DNA from: Eukaryota sp. GEM-RC1
Lineage: Eukaryota
NCBI GenBank assembly: GCA_040285855.1
Contig: JAUFOQ010000006.1
Span: 1,612,001 to 1,676,000, forward strand
Reading direction: 5' to 3'
Length of the DNA stretch: 64,000 bases
In this document: positions 62,140-64,000 of the stretch, piece after piece
Numbering within the stretch: the first letter of the stretch is position 1
Layout of the letters: each line of letters begins with the position of its first letter
Program-made: the position numbers and the translations under genes
Notes under the pieces: model-generated
Databases searched by the model: none
Seen by the model: the letters and a program-made list of their open reading frames with translations, nothing else
Told to the model about the DNA's origin: nothing

Positions 62140-62897
62140 CATCCGTCGCTATCAATTCTTACCACAGCTCTGTCCGCATGAAAAGAACTCACAGCTAGTA
62201 AAGCTTTGGAGATGATTAGGGAAACTTTACATTTCAACAATAAAAATATGATTTAATACGTTTGTTCATTCTATATTTTATGATATTTTCAAAATCGTTT
62301 AAAGAATTCCATGCACTTCTTTCAGAGCGATCATACTAGTAGATTGAAACAGCAAAAGGGCATAATCCGTATTCAACGTGTTTTACATGTATTAAAGCCA
62401 TCAATGGTTTCTTGTAGTTATCCTGTTTGGCTTCTTCAGAAATATCTAAATGAGAAAATTCAGAGTAAGCATTCTTTATGAATGTCTTTTTACAAACATC
62501 CACGACGCCACATCGACAACAAACAATTTGTCTGAAAAGAAGGGACAACACATCTGCTCTCCGTTTACTAAGAAATTGGTTAGTCAATGGTGGTTAGAAG
62601 AAATTATGGAAGAAGTGGTGGAAGATGGGCAAGAAGAGCAAATCCAATAATAACATACTAGTATCCTTCGGGAAATTGTGTTCTGAGTACGCTAAAGTTT
62701 TCAATCAAAATTTGTGGTTGAGTAGGTTAACGTTTGCGTTGTTTCGTTCAATGCACAGATCTTTTAATTCAATTTTAGGTAAGTTGTTCGGTGATGGACA
62801 GAAGGATCATAGTTTAGATACTTTAGTTAGTGTCTGTTAGTTATGAACTTCTGCAAATGCATTTATTTCACTGATTGATCATAAACCCCGTTTTTTT
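62140..62897. mobile_element. Two CRE-like retroelement fragments in opposite orientation (62140-62580 on -, 62660-62897 on +)
   Basis: KRRADV and EYGLCPFAVSIY on the - strand. LWLSRLTFALFRSM and a T7 end on the + strand. Confidence 0.75.
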
Positions 62898-63565
62898 ATG
62901 ATAACAAGCAGTCATATTATGAGTATTGGTCTTGGAAGTTGAATCCAGCAATATCACATTGTGAAAGAGTCTGATGACTGGAACGCTCTGTTGGTGAACA
63001 ACCAGTAAGCCAGTTTTAGTCGTTTTGGTTCACGTTCAGTGATGTCCGTGGTGTACTCTTTACAACAACTACACTTTATATAACAGGAGATGCCAATTTT
63101 ATGTGCATAAAGGTGAAAGCTAAACCCCATTTCAGTGAATCAGCTTTACATTGAGTCAAAAGCTCATCAAAATTAGAGCTTTCTTTAAGATGTAGAGGGA
63201 TATCATGAATGTTGGACATGAAAAGTACAAAGAAAGCCAAATCAAAAATGATAGCCAATTTTGTGGTACAAACATAGCCACATTAGAAAAAACGCATCAA
63301 AGACACTGTGTGGACACGCGTGTTAACACCCGACACAGAGTCTTTAAAAAAAACACGGCTAGGGCAATTTGGAACACTGACTTGAACTACTGTGACCGTA
63401 CACGTGAGTATACACAGCAAGGCTGTTTCTTAACTGGTTTACATTGTTAGAGAGATCCTTAAGAAAAGCTATGAAATATACACAATGTCAAATGATATTT
63501 TCAAACCCACGAAAGACAAAAGGGATTCTGAATATTGTTGGATTTGAGACAACGCTAATCTAACC

Positions 63566-63675
63566 ATAGTTGGGAAATACACTTTTTGTATTTTTTGTTT
63601 TTTTTGTTTTTTTTGTTTTTTTTGTTTTTTTTGTTTTTTTGTTTTTTGTTTTTTTGTTTTTTTTGTTTTTTTCCA
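63566..63675. repeat. (T5-8 G)n simple repeat next to a hAT-like terminus
   Basis: CATAGTTGGGAAATACA resembles the 14203 TIR and is followed by about 10 T-run/G units. Confidence 0.7.
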
Positions 63676-64000
63676 GAAAGCCAATTTTGACTATGCAAGT
63701 GGTCATATGCCTCGAATTTGCATGTTTCAGTTATCACAACAACTAATCAGTCCATAAATCAGTAACATTAAGTTATGAATCTACTTAACAAACACAACAT
63801 TCATAGTATTCTTCTGTAAAACACATTTTGGTTGTGCCCAGTACCTTTGAATTGGTCGTAAAATAGACGGACTAATTAATTAAGATTGTGTTATAATTGA
63901 GACGTGATCAAAATACGTAATCAACGACACCAAATTTGAGATGAAAGTTCCAGATACGCTTTGCAAAATGTAAACACTCAATGTGAGTGGTAAATCAGAA

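Noticed and set aside
63469..63737. Lys/Gln/Asn-rich ORFs on the minus strand
   Set aside because: They are translations of the T-run/G simple repeat.

Overview
Gene-dense nuclear DNA from a flagellated unicellular eukaryote using the standard genetic code. It has tiny 26-31 nt GT-AG introns and very short head-to-head intergenic gaps. A metamonad-like anaerobic flagellate is a plausible guess, not proven. About 22 protein genes are supported, including a TmcB-like membrane protein, a divergent P5CR-like protein, a Dgk1/phytol-kinase-like enzyme, NAPRT, INTS9, BBOF1, a metallophosphoesterase, a trypsin-like protease, a CatSper-gamma-like protein, an LRR-PP2C, WRAP73, SmF, an LRR protein, cytidine deaminase, a UBAC2-like protein, GGTase-I beta, a FUSC/ArAE-like transporter and a TM2-domain protein. 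They alternate with islands of decayed CRE-like non-LTR retroelements, hAT-type elements (three with perfect 8-bp TSDs) and a TA-flanked MITE. Main highlights: (1) an intron-split 71-aa, 18-Cys metallothionein-like gene absent from the ORF track; (2) a CatSper auxiliary subunit homolog; (3) an ~870-bp tandem repeat whose 77-aa orphan ORF diverges mostly at synonymous sites and whose inverted copy brackets a membrane-protein gene; (4) a branch-point A fixed at -7 in all six introns; (5) about 15 frameshifts in otherwise intact genes, most likely long-read indel errors but testable.
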